From: Gammaproteobacteria bacterium
Lineage (GTDB): Bacteria; Pseudomonadota; Gammaproteobacteria; PS1; Pseudothioglobaceae
DNA length: 39,339 nucleotides
NCBI GenBank assembly: GCA_028599035.1
Contig: JAQRMT010000001.1
Coordinates: forward strand, 1-39,339
Reading direction: 5' to 3'
Part shown: positions 10,956-21,048 of the stretch, in pieces
How positions within the stretch are numbered: the first letter of the stretch is position 1
Layout of the letters: the number at the start of each line of letters is the position of its first letter
Program-made: the position numbers and the translations under genes
The notes under the pieces: model-generated
The model's database searches: none
Seen by the model: the letters and a program-made list of their open reading frames with translations, nothing else
Told to the model about the DNA's origin: nothing

Positions 10956-13145
10956 ATGAGAAGGCAACTTGCTCTTTCTGTTATTGTTTTACTATCAAGT
11001 GCTGTTAGCGCCCAAGAGCGAGAATTTGCCATCGGTTGTGATGATACGCCGCTACTGTTTCCCAAGCAAATACTTTCTACAGACATTGAAAGTTTAGACA
11101 TTGCCGCAAACCATAGCGAAGTCAGCAATGGTAACTACCTCTTAAGGGGTAATGCTACCGTCAATTCTGCCGAATATTACCTGTCAGCAGATAAAATCAA
11201 CCTACAAAAAGACAGCAAAACCTCAAGCGCCAGTGGTCATGTTAAATTCCAAGATAAGCGAATAATGCTGACTGGCAATAAAGCAGTTATGAAAAAACAA
11301 GATGATAAAACACATACTGTTTTTGAACAAGCCAAATACCATTACCCAGAAAGTAAAATTAATGGCCAAGCACAAAAAATTGTAAACGATGGTACTAAAC
11401 AAACTTTTGACTCAGTAACCTATAGTCTGTGTCCAGTGGGTAATACTGACTGGGTTATGAAAGCAAATAAGGTGACACTTGACCAAAAAACCAATCTCGG
11501 TGTTGCCGAAAATGTAACGGTTGAGTTTATGGGCGTACCAATCTTTTATTCACCCTATTATGAATGGGCATTAAAGGGCAGAAGTTCTGGTTTTTTAGCG
11601 CCGAGTTTTGCCAGTTATAACGAATCAGATGCCAGCAAAGACAAAGGCTATCAAATTCGTATTCCTTATTATTTTAACATCGCACCTAATCGTGATTTTT
11701 TATTAACACTCAACCAAACATCCACTCGGGGTAGTGTGATTGAAGGTAAATACCGCCAACTCATCTCAGCTCTTAATCAAGGTCGTGTTGAGATTGAGGG
11801 GCATTATTTAAACAAAGATAAAATTAGTAAGGAAAAACGCTGGCTAATTGATGCCAAGCTAGACCTATCTTTAAACACCAACACCGAATTAAATATAGTG
11901 AGTAATCGTGTGTCAGATAAAAATTACTTTAAAGAAATTACACATAGTGACACCTCGAAGGATTCATTACAGTCTTCTGTTAATCTGTCTTATAAAAATA
12001 AAAAAACCAATATCAATGCTTCAATATTTTCTGAAAATGAGCAGTTGGTTAATAACGGCAAGGCAGAATACACACGAGCACCTGAGGTTTTTATTAACAA
12101 AAAAATCATCGGTTTAGGCAATCGAGAGGTAAATTTTTCTATGCTTAGTACAAAATTCAAACACAAAGATACCAACGAAAAAACAGGCACTCGTACTCAC
12201 GCCCAAGCAGAATTTACCCGAAATATTACAACCAACGCTTACTCATTACAACCTAGATTTAATATCTCTAAAACAAAATATTCAATGGACAGTGCGCCAG
12301 ACCAAGATCGTTCTATTTATAGTTTCGGATTAGATTCTAAATTATTTTTTGAAAGAGATGCCAGTCTGTTTGGCAAAAACATAACTCAAACGCTAACACC
12401 AAGATTGGCTTACAATTACACTCAAGGAAAAGACCAAAGTGCGTTACAAAAGTTTGATTCTGAGGCAATAAATTTCTCTTATGAAAATCTATTCTCAGGC
12501 AAAAAATTTACAGGTGTTGATAGAATCGGCAAAACCAATGACATTACTCTGGGTGTTGAATCTGATTTCATTGATAATGACACAGGAGCGACTTATTTAA
12601 GTCTAAAAATTGCTCAATCGCATTATTTATCCAACACAAAACTGAATGAAACCGGCAACTTGGTTATTCAAGAAAAAGACTATTCAAATATGACTGTCGC
12701 TGCTGACCTTACACTAGATAAGTTTACTTTTAACAATGACTTAGAATACGATGCAGACAACAAAGAGGTTGTTAAACACCACAGCGCATTAAGTTATGTT
12801 TTAAACCCTAGAAAATTCATCAGCCTAACTCACTCGGATGATGGCGAGCAAAGAACCTCAGGCGTATATGGCGCATACCCAATTATGCAAAAATTTCATC
12901 TATTTGCTGGTATTAACCGCTCTCTAACCGACTCAATCACCAACAGAAAAACAGCTGGCATTGCGTACGAATCTTGTTGTTATGCGCTGCGCATAGCGCG
13001 CTTTAAACAGCATTTAGATGATGGCAGTTATGACACAGTGACAAAATTTGAATTAGTGTTTAAGGGCTTAGCCTCTAGTGATTCTGGCTTAGCAGAACGC
13101 CTAGCAGAAGAAATACCAAACTATTTAGTTAATCTGGACAAATAA
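10956..13145 (+). CDS. lptD: LPS-assembly outer-membrane protein LptD
   Basis: Signal peptide, RSSGFLAP, PYYFNIAPNRD, QTLTPRL, FTGVDRI and YESCC; four-Cys pattern; precedes surA. Confidence 0.92.
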   Translation: MRRQLALSVIVLLSSAVSAQEREFAIGCDDTPLLFPKQILSTDIESLDIAANHSEVSNGNYLLRGNATVNSAEYYLSADKINLQKDSKTSSASGHVKFQDKRIMLTGNKAVMKKQDDKTHTVFEQAKYHYPESKINGQAQKIVNDGTKQTFDSVTYSLCPVGNTDWVMKANKVTLDQKTNLGVAENVTVEFMGVPIFYSPYYEWALKGRSSGFLAPSFASYNESDASKDKGYQIRIPYYFNIAPNRDFLLTLNQTSTRGSVIEGKYRQLISALNQGRVEIEGHYLNKDKISKEKRWLIDAKLDLSLNTNTELNIVSNRVSDKNYFKEITHSDTSKDSLQSSVNLSYKNKKTNINASIFSENEQLVNNGKAEYTRAPEVFINKKIIGLGNREVNFSMLSTKFKHKDTNEKTGTRTHAQAEFTRNITTNAYSLQPRFNISKTKYSMDSAPDQDRSIYSFGLDSKLFFERDASLFGKNITQTLTPRLAYNYTQGKDQSALQKFDSEAINFSYENLFSGKKFTGVDRIGKTNDITLGVESDFIDNDTGATYLSLKIAQSHYLSNTKLNETGNLVIQEKDYSNMTVAADLTLDKFTFNNDLEYDADNKEVVKHHSALSYVLNPRKFISLTHSDDGEQRTSGVYGAYPIMQKFHLFAGINRSLTDSITNRKTAGIAYESCCYALRIARFKQHLDDGSYDTVTKFELVFKGLASSDSGLAERLAEEIPNYLVNLDK

Positions 13146-13152
13146 AATATCA

Positions 13153-14049
13153 ATGAAACTATTACTCACCCTTGTTTTTACTTTTTCATTTAGCGCCTTA
13201 GCATCGCCTAACAGTATTATCGCTATCGTCAATGACACTGTTATTACTTTAAACAGTGTCAGCACTCAAATAAAAAAAACCACAACCAAGGCACAAAAAA
13301 TAGCACTGGTTGAACAACAAATCGACTTAGTACTACAAGCAGAAAAAGTGCAATCACTAGGTATCAAGCCTAAGCCAGAAAACATCAATGCAGTGTTGGC
13401 TGATGTCGCCAAGCAAAATGGCATTACTTTGGCGCAATTACAATCCAATAATCAATTTGATGAAATTGTGAGCAATATCTCTCAACAACTTTCCCTCAAA
13501 GGGCTTGAGCAACTTATCGTACAACGCGCCAACATTGCAATAACGCAAACAGAAGTTGACAGATATCTGGCCAAAAAACCTAGTGATAAAACCAATTTGG
13601 TTAAGCAAATTAAAATCGCTCAGATTGTGATTAGTGCTGTTGAAAGCACTGACACTTCGTTGCAATCTAAGGATGATTTAATAGTGCAATTTTTAACAAA
13701 GTTAAGTAGGGATATTAAAAATGGCACTACATTTTCTAGTCTTGCAAAACTACACTCGCAAGACCCTTCTTATAAAAATGGTGGAGAAACTGATTGGCTA
13801 GAGCAAAATAAACTTCCTGCAGTGTTTCAACAACAACTAAAAAACCTTAACACTGGTGAGGTCTCTGAGCCTTTTAAAACAGCGCAAGACTGGCGTATTA
13901 TTAAAACCATCGCTCAACGCAAAGTTGATATGAACCTTGTTGCCATTAGAGCGCAACTCATCCAACTCAAACAACGGGCTTTTTTCCAAAATTGGTTAAA
14001 AACACTGCGAAAAAACGCCTACATAGAAATTTTTGATCACAAACTCTAA
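13153..14049 (+). CDS. surA: SurA-like periplasmic chaperone/PPIase (compact, one parvulin domain)
   Basis: Signal peptide, IIAIVNDTVIT, FSSLAKLHSQDPSYKNGG..DW and WLKTLRKNAYIEI; located after lptD. Confidence 0.82.
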   Translation: MKLLLTLVFTFSFSALASPNSIIAIVNDTVITLNSVSTQIKKTTTKAQKIALVEQQIDLVLQAEKVQSLGIKPKPENINAVLADVAKQNGITLAQLQSNNQFDEIVSNISQQLSLKGLEQLIVQRANIAITQTEVDRYLAKKPSDKTNLVKQIKIAQIVISAVESTDTSLQSKDDLIVQFLTKLSRDIKNGTTFSSLAKLHSQDPSYKNGGETDWLEQNKLPAVFQQQLKNLNTGEVSEPFKTAQDWRIIKTIAQRKVDMNLVAIRAQLIQLKQRAFFQNWLKTLRKNAYIEIFDHKL

Positions 14050-14052
14050 CAT

Positions 14053-14799
14053 ATGTCTAAATCTATTATTATTTTTGGATTTCATGCAATCCAGGCGCAA
14101 TTAGACGCCAATCCAGAATGCTTACTCAAAGCGTTCACTCTGGACAATCGTCATGACAAGCGCCTGAATACCATCATTACCCAGCTCGACAAACTCGATA
14201 TCAACACGCAGCGTTCAACAAAACAACAACTAGACAAACTGAGCAAAAACCAAACTCATCAAGGTGTTGCTGCTGAAATATTACTACCCACCCTGCCCAA
14301 TCAAGATGGTTTAATGCAATATATTGTTAAATTAGAAAAAGCAGCATTAATTTTAATTTTAGACTCAGTGCAAGACCCAAGAAACTTGGGCGCCTGTTTA
14401 CGCGGTGCTAACGCCGCAGGGGTAGATTGCGTGGTGATTAACAAAGACGGTTCAGCACCAATTAATGCCTTAGTGCACAAAACCTCAGCAGGTGCACTCA
14501 ATCAACTTAAAATATTCTCAGTCACCAACTTATCACGCACGATTAAGGCGCTAAAAGAGCAAAATATTTGGGTACTAGGCTTAGACGGCTCAACCAATAA
14601 ATCACTCTACCAAATCGATTTAACCTCACCCAGTGCGATTATTATGGGCTCTGAAGGCTTTGGATTGCGCTCACTCACTAAAAAATCTTGCGATGAATTA
14701 GCAATGATTCCCATGCAAGGCAATGTGGAAAGTCTAAATGTGTCGGTGGCAACAGGCATTGCCTTGTTTGAAGCTAATAGACAGCGCTTAAAAACTTAA
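14053..14799 (+). CDS. rlmB: 23S rRNA (Gm2251) 2'-O-methyltransferase
   Basis: FGFHAI, HQGV, LDSVQDPRNLGACLR, MGSEGFGLR and ESLNVSVATG SPOUT motifs. Confidence 0.92.
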   Translation: MSKSIIIFGFHAIQAQLDANPECLLKAFTLDNRHDKRLNTIITQLDKLDINTQRSTKQQLDKLSKNQTHQGVAAEILLPTLPNQDGLMQYIVKLEKAALILILDSVQDPRNLGACLRGANAAGVDCVVINKDGSAPINALVHKTSAGALNQLKIFSVTNLSRTIKALKEQNIWVLGLDGSTNKSLYQIDLTSPSAIIMGSEGFGLRSLTKKSCDELAMIPMQGNVESLNVSVATGIALFEANRQRLKT

Positions 14800-14843
14800 T
14801 GCCTAACGCTTGGTTTTTTTGGTAAAATTATCAAGTTTTTGCA

Positions 14844-15353
14844 ATGAAACAAGGAATACCCGATACAATTAAACTTTTTAAGTTTGCCTCTAGGTCGTTA
14901 ATCTTTTCACAGAGTTATCAAGTGAAGGATTTTCCTAGAATTAGCAAACTGCTCAGCAACCAAGCTTCAACGGTTGATGTGAAACTTAGTTTTAATCTTG
15001 AAGAGGGTAGGATTCCTTGTATTAAAGGCGAAATTAAACTGGATGCGGCACTTACCTGCCAACGCTGCTTAGATGAAGTCAGTATTCATTTACAGCCTAA
15101 ATTTCAGCTTGCTTTTTTGCAAAACGAACAACAAGGCGAAACATTAGATGCTAGCTTTGAGACAATTCTGAATGCTGACGAAGAATTTTCGACCATTGAA
15201 TTTATAACGGATGAAGTGTTAATAATGATCCCGATGACGCCTATGCATGACTATGAATGCGCATCGTATCAAGACACACAGCCAATAAATCAACAAAAGT
15301 GTGAAAGCCCTTTTGCAATATTAAAACAATTAAAAAATACAACTCAGGAGTAA
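14844..15353 (+). CDS. yceD: YceD/DUF177 family protein
   Basis: LTCQRCL, DEVLIMIPMTPMH and PFAILK; directly upstream of rpmF. Confidence 0.88.
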   Translation: MKQGIPDTIKLFKFASRSLIFSQSYQVKDFPRISKLLSNQASTVDVKLSFNLEEGRIPCIKGEIKLDAALTCQRCLDEVSIHLQPKFQLAFLQNEQQGETLDASFETILNADEEFSTIEFITDEVLIMIPMTPMHDYECASYQDTQPINQQKCESPFAILKQLKNTTQE

Positions 15354-15356
15354 AAA

Positions 15357-15554
15357 ATGGCCGTACAAAAAAGCAGAAAAACCCCTTCAAAGAGAGGCAT
15401 GCGTCGCTCTCATAATGCACTAACAAGCCCAGCTTTGTCTGAAGACCAAGAAACGGGTGAAACACACTTGCGTCACCACATCACCGCTGATGGCTACTAC
15501 CGTGGCAAACAAGTGATTAATAAAGCACAGGATATTCCAGAAGTAGAAGCCTAG
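15357..15554 (+). CDS. rpmF: 50S ribosomal protein L32 (Cys-free type)
   Basis: [19 protein letters not shown]...[14 protein letters not shown]; GGAG SD upstream. Confidence 0.97.
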   Translation: MAVQKSRKTPSKRGMRRSHNALTSPALSEDQETGETHLRHHITADGYYRGKQVINKAQDIPEVEA

Positions 15555-15583
15555 AAGATTTTAAGATTTTATCGGGATTGTTG

Positions 15584-16600
15584 ATGACAATCAAGGTATC
15601 AATTGATGCTTCGGGGGGCGACCATGGGATACCTACGACTGTTGCAGCAGGCATTAAGGCGCTAATCGCATTTTCAGATTTGCATTTGGTTTTTGTGGGT
15701 GAGAAGTCTAGTATTCAAGCAGAACTTGACAAAAATATCGGCGCCCAAAAACACGCCAAGCGTTTTAGCATCGCCCATGCCAGTGAAGTTGTTGCCATGT
15801 GTGAATCGCCCTCAACAGCACTGCGTAAAAAGAAAGATTCTTCTATGCGTGTTGCCGTTAATTTAGTCAAAGACGGCTCCGTTGATGCTTGTGTCAGCGC
15901 TGGCAATACCGGTGCACTAATGGCAATTTCTCGTTTTGTGCTTAAAACTATCAAAGGCATTGATCGCCCTGCCATCATGGGTCGTATGCCAACTATGGAC
16001 GGACACACGCATATGCTAGATTTGGGTGCAAATGTCGACTCTAAGCCTGAAGCATTACTCGAATTTGCGACTATGGGTTCTATTGCCGTTGAATATACTG
16101 AAGACATTGCCTCGCCTACTATTGGCTTGCTAAATATCGGTGAAGAAGAGATGAAAGGCAATGACAGTATCAAACAAACTGCAGAATTACTCAAAGCCTC
16201 AACCCTTAATTATGTCGGCTTTATTGAAGGTGATGATATTTACAAAGGCACAGTTGATTTAGTGGTTTGTGATGGCTTTGAAGGTAACATTGCCCTTAAA
16301 GCCAGTGAAGGCGTAGCCTCTATGATGGGTCATTACCTAAAACAAGCTTTCACTAAAAATATTTTTACCAAACTGATTGCCCTGATTGCCACCCCTGTTT
16401 TAAAAGATTTTAAAGCCAGTCTTGATCCTGGAAAATACAATGGAGCCAGTCTGCTAGGACTGCGTGGCGTGGTCATTAAAAGTCATGGTGGCGCTGATAT
16501 TGATTCATTTTTTCAAGCAATTAAAGAGGCTTATCTTCAAGTGCAAGCTAAAATTACTGAAAAAATAACAGCACAAGTAGAGCAACAAACTCATGAGTAA
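15584..16600 (+). CDS. plsX: Phosphate acyltransferase PlsX
   Basis: IDASGGDHG, KKKDSSMR, SAGNTGA, LDLGANVD, CDGFEGN and VIKSHG motifs. ATG at 15584 (TTG alternatives at 15578 and 15581). Confidence 0.95.
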   Translation: MTIKVSIDASGGDHGIPTTVAAGIKALIAFSDLHLVFVGEKSSIQAELDKNIGAQKHAKRFSIAHASEVVAMCESPSTALRKKKDSSMRVAVNLVKDGSVDACVSAGNTGALMAISRFVLKTIKGIDRPAIMGRMPTMDGHTHMLDLGANVDSKPEALLEFATMGSIAVEYTEDIASPTIGLLNIGEEEMKGNDSIKQTAELLKASTLNYVGFIEGDDIYKGTVDLVVCDGFEGNIALKASEGVASMMGHYLKQAFTKNIFTKLIALIATPVLKDFKASLDPGKYNGASLLGLRGVVIKSHGGADIDSFFQAIKEAYLQVQAKITEKITAQVEQQTHE

Positions 16601-17537
16601 ATTTGCAAGGATTATTGGCACTGGCTCTTATCTGCCGCCAAAAGTTGTTACCAATGACGACTTATCTAAGACGATTGACACCTCGGATGAGTGGATCACC
16701 AGCAGAACAGGCATTAAAGAAAGGCGCATTGTTACCAATGAAAGCACTTGTGATTTGGGTGTAATTGCAGCCAATAATGCGCTAGAAATGTCGGGTATTA
16801 ATGCTAGTGAATTGGATTTGATTATTTTAGCCACCACCACACCTGACAAAATTTTCCCAGCGACTGCCACCATGCTACAAAATGCCATTGGCGCTAACTG
16901 CCCTGCTTTTGATTTACAATCGGTTTGTGCAGGCTTTGTCTTTGCATTAACGACCGCTGAACAATACATCAAAACTGGTGCGGCTAACAAAATATTGGTT
17001 GTCGGCAGTGAGACCCTATCACGCATTATAGATTGGAGCGACCGTTCTACGGCTATTTTATTTGGCGATGGCGCTGGTGCTGTGGTACTCAGTGGTAGTG
17101 AAGAGACAGGCATCCTGCACTCAAAACTCTTTAGTGATGGCAATTATTTGTCTTCTTTACAAGTTAGTAATAACCGCATTAATGAAACAGGATTTATTGA
17201 AATGGCAGGCAATGAAGTCTTTAAGATTGCCGTTAGTCAATTATCATCTTTAGCGCAAGATACATTGACAGCCTGCAATCTAACCTCAGAGGAATTAGAC
17301 TGGATGGTACCACATCAGGCTAATATCCGTATTATTTCAGCCGTTGCCAAGCGTATCAATACCCCAATGAGCAAAGTCATTGTTACCTTAGATAAACACG
17401 GCAACACTTCTGCCGCTTCAATCCCCTTGGCGCTTGATATAGCTGTGCGTGATGGCCGCATCCAAAAAGGACACACGCTATTGCTTGAGGGTATTGGCGG
17501 TGGTTTTAGTTGGGGTGGGGTGTTACTTAAGTTTTAA
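16593..17537 (+). CDS. fabH: Beta-ketoacyl-ACP synthase III
   Basis: GTGSYLP, SVCAGF (catalytic Cys), FGDGAGA, PHQANIRI and GNTSAASIP. Confidence 0.96.
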   Translation: MSKFARIIGTGSYLPPKVVTNDDLSKTIDTSDEWITSRTGIKERRIVTNESTCDLGVIAANNALEMSGINASELDLIILATTTPDKIFPATATMLQNAIGANCPAFDLQSVCAGFVFALTTAEQYIKTGAANKILVVGSETLSRIIDWSDRSTAILFGDGAGAVVLSGSEETGILHSKLFSDGNYLSSLQVSNNRINETGFIEMAGNEVFKIAVSQLSSLAQDTLTACNLTSEELDWMVPHQANIRIISAVAKRINTPMSKVIVTLDKHGNTSAASIPLALDIAVRDGRIQKGHTLLLEGIGGGFSWGGVLLKF

Positions 17538-18379
17538 AATTTTCTACTTTGTAATTTAGCCGTCAAGATCTTTAACTGCGCCACATCCACACTAAGTGCA
17601 TCCAAATCACTAAGGGCACGCTGATAAAGATTTTTATACTCGATTTTCGATGCTTCCAAGCCCAACAAAGCAGGATAAGTGGGTTTATTTTTGTCTGCAT
17701 CAGAGTTCTGTTTTTTGCCCAATATTTCTTCAGGAGTAAGTACATCTAATACATCATCTTGAATTTGATACGCCAAGCCAATATTAGTGGCAAAACATGT
17801 CAAAATTTGCATTTCTTTTTCATCACAAACATTAGCAACCAAAGCACCTAATTTCACTGCACAACCAAGTAAAGCACCTGTTTTTTTCTGATGCATATTT
17901 TTTAAAGTATCAATATTCACTGTTTGCGAAGCCACACTTAGGTCAATCGACTGCCCTTCTGCCATTTCAAAAGCCGCATGAGTCAGTGTTTGTAGCAGGT
18001 CAATCCTTGTTCTCGCTGACAGCTGTTCATCACTGGCTAAAACCTCAAAAGCCAACGCTTGTAAACCATCACCTGTTAAGATGGCTTGTGCCTCGCCAAA
18101 ACGCTTATGACAGGCGGGCTGGTTGTGACGAATGTCATCATCATCCATAGCGGGTAAATCATCGTGAATTAAAGAATAGGAATGAATCAACTCCACTGCA
18201 CAAGCGCTGGAATCTACCAAATCAAGATTAGTGCCAAAGGTATTGGCAACAGTATAGGTTAAAATTGGTCGAAAACGCTTGCCACTAGACAAGACACTGT
18301 AACGCATAGCCTCAGTTAAACTGCCTTGATTGGATAAAACCCTGTCTAAGCACTGGTCAACACGCTGCGCATAATTCAT
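17534..18379 (-). CDS. ispA: Farnesyl diphosphate synthase (geranyltranstransferase)
   Basis: GKRFRP, SLIHDDLPAMDDDD, KTGAL and YQIQDDVLD; start placed at ATG 18379 right after xseB. Confidence 0.93.
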   Translation of the reverse strand: MNYAQRVDQCLDRVLSNQGSLTEAMRYSVLSSGKRFRPILTYTVANTFGTNLDLVDSSACAVELIHSYSLIHDDLPAMDDDDIRHNQPACHKRFGEAQAILTGDGLQALAFEVLASDEQLSARTRIDLLQTLTHAAFEMAEGQSIDLSVASQTVNIDTLKNMHQKKTGALLGCAVKLGALVANVCDEKEMQILTCFATNIGLAYQIQDDVLDVLTPEEILGKKQNSDADKNKPTYPALLGLEASKIEYKNLYQRALSDLDALSVDVAQLKILTAKLQSRKF

Positions 18380-18380
18380 T

Positions 18381-18608
18381 TTACGATTCTTTGTCCAAAG
18401 GTTGCTGGGCTTGATAACCATCATCTGCACTGAGCATGGCTATCTTTTGTTCCGCTTCATTCAGTGCCATTTGGCATTGGCGTGTCAACGCCACGCCCTG
18501 CTCAAAGCGTTTTAAAGAATCTTCTAGACTCAAATCTCCTGACTCCATTGTCTTTACAATATCCTCAAGTTCGTTCAAGCCTTTATTAAAATCAAATTTT
18601 TCTGCCAT
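18381..18608 (-). CDS. xseB: Exodeoxyribonuclease VII small subunit
   Basis: F...L.ELE.IV..ME.GDLSLEDSL..FEQG..L...CQ..L..AEQKI pattern. Confidence 0.95.
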   Translation of the reverse strand: MAEKFDFNKGLNELEDIVKTMESGDLSLEDSLKRFEQGVALTRQCQMALNEAEQKIAMLSADDGYQAQQPLDKES

Positions 18609-19444
18609 TATCTTTCTCCGCTATTGCCTGCTTTATTTAGTATCTTATCCATCAACCAAGTCGGCAATAGTCTGATTAATATTGCAAACAATTTTGTTGG
18701 GAGTGTTACCCGGTAATGAATTTTTGCTTGCTTTGCACTCAGTGCATGTAGGCAACATTTTAGCACCGCTTCTGCGGGTAAAGTAAAATCTGCCAAATCT
18801 TTTGATTGTAAGCGCATAACCATCTTCTGATAGTTGACTTTATAATCGCTATTTTCCATATCAATATGCTCAGTAAACACCTTATAGGCATTGGCTCTAA
18901 ACTCAGATTCAATAGGTCCAGGTTGGATTAAAGACAATTGAATTTGGGTGTTTGACAATTCTAAGCGCAATGTGTTAACCAAGCCTTCAACTGCAAATTT
19001 AGATGCGTTATAAGGCCCACGAAATGGCATTGCCACAAAACCTAATATTGAACTTAGGTAAACAATACGCCCCTCATTCTGGCGCTTCATTGTCGGCAAA
19101 ACTAAATTGGTTAATTCATGCCAGCCAAATACATTGGTTTGAAATTGTTGTTCTAGCGCATGGCGAGATACATCTTCCAATGCTCCTACTTGTCCATAAG
19201 CGCCATTATGGATTAAACCGTAAAGCTTGTCAGTTTTTTCAAAAACAGCGTTCATTGCCGCATTGATTGACTCGGACAAGGTTAAATCCAACTGCAATGC
19301 CTCAAAACCCTGAGCCTTAAGTCGCTCCACATCTTTATTTTGTCTCGCAGTGGCAAACACTCGATAGCCCGCTTGCTTTAAACCTTGAGCCACACATAAC
19401 CCAATACCGCTAGAACAGCCTGTAATTAAAACAGATTTTTGCAT
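18608..19444 (-). CDS. Short-chain dehydrogenase/reductase (YbbO-like)
   Basis: ITGCSSGIG, HNGAYG, YNASKFA (YxxxK) and QPGPIES. Confidence 0.88.
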   Translation of the reverse strand: MQKSVLITGCSSGIGLCVAQGLKQAGYRVFATARQNKDVERLKAQGFEALQLDLTLSESINAAMNAVFEKTDKLYGLIHNGAYGQVGALEDVSRHALEQQFQTNVFGWHELTNLVLPTMKRQNEGRIVYLSSILGFVAMPFRGPYNASKFAVEGLVNTLRLELSNTQIQLSLIQPGPIESEFRANAYKVFTEHIDMENSDYKVNYQKMVMRLQSKDLADFTLPAEAVLKCCLHALSAKQAKIHYRVTLPTKLFAILIRLLPTWLMDKILNKAGNSGER

Positions 19445-19446
19445 AA

Positions 19447-20613
19447 TTATGCGTCTCGTTGTTGTGCTTTGCGCCAGAACTCTGCTGTGACTTTAAGTTC
19501 TGGGTTAATGCTCTTGCTACGCAATACTAAAAAATCATAGCCCATTCTAAAGCGTGGATGTTGTAGCAAAAACTCTATTTTTTTAGGGTGCATTTTCTCC
19601 AGTTTTGCCTGCATCATCCAAATATCTCTCATTCTAGCGCTCAAATATTTGGGTATAGAGACTTGTTTGGTTTGCCTTATAATAACTTCATCACAGGCTT
19701 GCATCATGGCTAAATGAAAAGAGCGCTGCTTCTTCTTAATCAGGGTAAAGCGCTCATTTTGAGCCTGCCATAAAAATACGGCAAACAAAAAAGCAGGGGT
19801 TACTGGCTGATTGCGTTTAATACGATCAGAGGTGTTAATGCACGCTTTTTTAACAAAATCGTTAGTACGGGCTTGTTTGAATAAATGCGCTAATAAGCCG
19901 TATTTTTCTAATTGCTCGTACACTTCAAAAGAATATTCATTTTGAAACAACTTAACGCACTCTTCGTATAGACGCGCTGGCGATATATTGCCAAGTAATG
20001 ATGCCTGTTCTGAGATACAAATATCGATTTCTGAACTTAGTTTTGCGCCTAATTTTTTGCTAAAACGCACAGCACGAATCATGCGCACAGGATCTTGTGC
20101 AAAACGCTGTTTGGCATCGCCAATCATATGGATTTCTCTAGCCTCAAGGTCTTTCAGTCCACCAACAAAGTCAACTACCTCTTGCTTGTGTATGTCGTAA
20201 TACAGTGCGTTAATATTAAAATCCCGACGCACCACATCCTCTTCCAGATTGCCATAGCAATTATCACGCATAATAACACCGTTTTTAGCGGTTTGCACTT
20301 TGCCAGATCGAAAAGTAGCAACTTCAATAAAGTCTCGTGCACCAAACATTACATGCACCAGACGAAAACGCCGACCAATCAAACGCGAACGCTTGAATAA
20401 TTTATGCACTTGCTCAGGCTTAGCGTTGGTTGCCACATCAAAATCTTTAGGCTCTAAACCTAACAGCAAATCCCGAACACAGCCACCCACTAAATAAACT
20501 TCAAACCCTGCTTTATGGATAGTGTTAACCACCCGCAATGCATTTTTATCCAAAAGTTTTTTGTCAAATTGCACAGATTGACGCACAGGTGCCGTTTTAG
20601 CACCTGTCATCAT
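19447..20613 (-). CDS. pcnB: Poly(A) polymerase I
   Basis: VGGCVRDLLLG..PKDFD, the PAP signature LIGRRFRLVHV, RRDFNINAL and HPRFRMGYDF. The start is uncertain (ATG 20613/20610 or TTG 20646). Confidence 0.92.
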   Translation of the reverse strand: MMTGAKTAPVRQSVQFDKKLLDKNALRVVNTIHKAGFEVYLVGGCVRDLLLGLEPKDFDVATNAKPEQVHKLFKRSRLIGRRFRLVHVMFGARDFIEVATFRSGKVQTAKNGVIMRDNCYGNLEEDVVRRDFNINALYYDIHKQEVVDFVGGLKDLEAREIHMIGDAKQRFAQDPVRMIRAVRFSKKLGAKLSSEIDICISEQASLLGNISPARLYEECVKLFQNEYSFEVYEQLEKYGLLAHLFKQARTNDFVKKACINTSDRIKRNQPVTPAFLFAVFLWQAQNERFTLIKKKQRSFHLAMMQACDEVIIRQTKQVSIPKYLSARMRDIWMMQAKLEKMHPKKIEFLLQHPRFRMGYDFLVLRSKSINPELKVTAEFWRKAQQRDA

Positions 20614-20626
20614 CCTTGAGATTTTT

Positions 20627-21022
20627 TTAAAGATGTTGGAAATCAATGGTAGGTTCAGGCTGCCAACCCGTTTGTTGGTGCTCAGCAATAATAGTAGTGT
20701 AAACACCGCCACGCACATTAAAAATCGCCTTAAGACGCATAAATCTAGGCTTGGTGGCTGCGACCAAATCCTCCAAAATTTGATTGGTCACCGCCTCATG
20801 GAACGAGCCTTCATTACGAAACGACCAAATATACATTTTTAAAGATTTCAGCTCAACACAAGCTTTGTCTGCAATGTATTCTAGATGTAATGTGGCAAAG
20901 TCTGGCTGCCCTGTCTTTGGACATAAGCAGCTAAATTCTGGCATATCAATTTGAATAACATAATCGCGCTGTGTATTTGGGTTGTTAAAAACTTCTAAAG
21001 TTTTACTGGGTTGAGATGACAT
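20627..21022 (-). CDS. queF: NADPH-dependent preQ0 reductase, unimodular (type I) QueF
   Basis: [28 protein letters not shown] and RGG; AAAGGA SD before ATG 21022. Confidence 0.92.
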   Translation of the reverse strand: MSSQPSKTLEVFNNPNTQRDYVIQIDMPEFSCLCPKTGQPDFATLHLEYIADKACVELKSLKMYIWSFRNEGSFHEAVTNQILEDLVAATKPRFMRLKAIFNVRGGVYTTIIAEHQQTGWQPEPTIDFQHL

Positions 21023-21048
21023 TAAATAAGTTCCTTTAAAGAAATAAG

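Noticed and set aside
15297-15320. yceD CESPF in place of the usual R/K-x-NPF motif as a sign of pseudogenisation
   Set aside because: The frame is intact and the other motifs are retained; substitutions alone do not support a pseudogene call.
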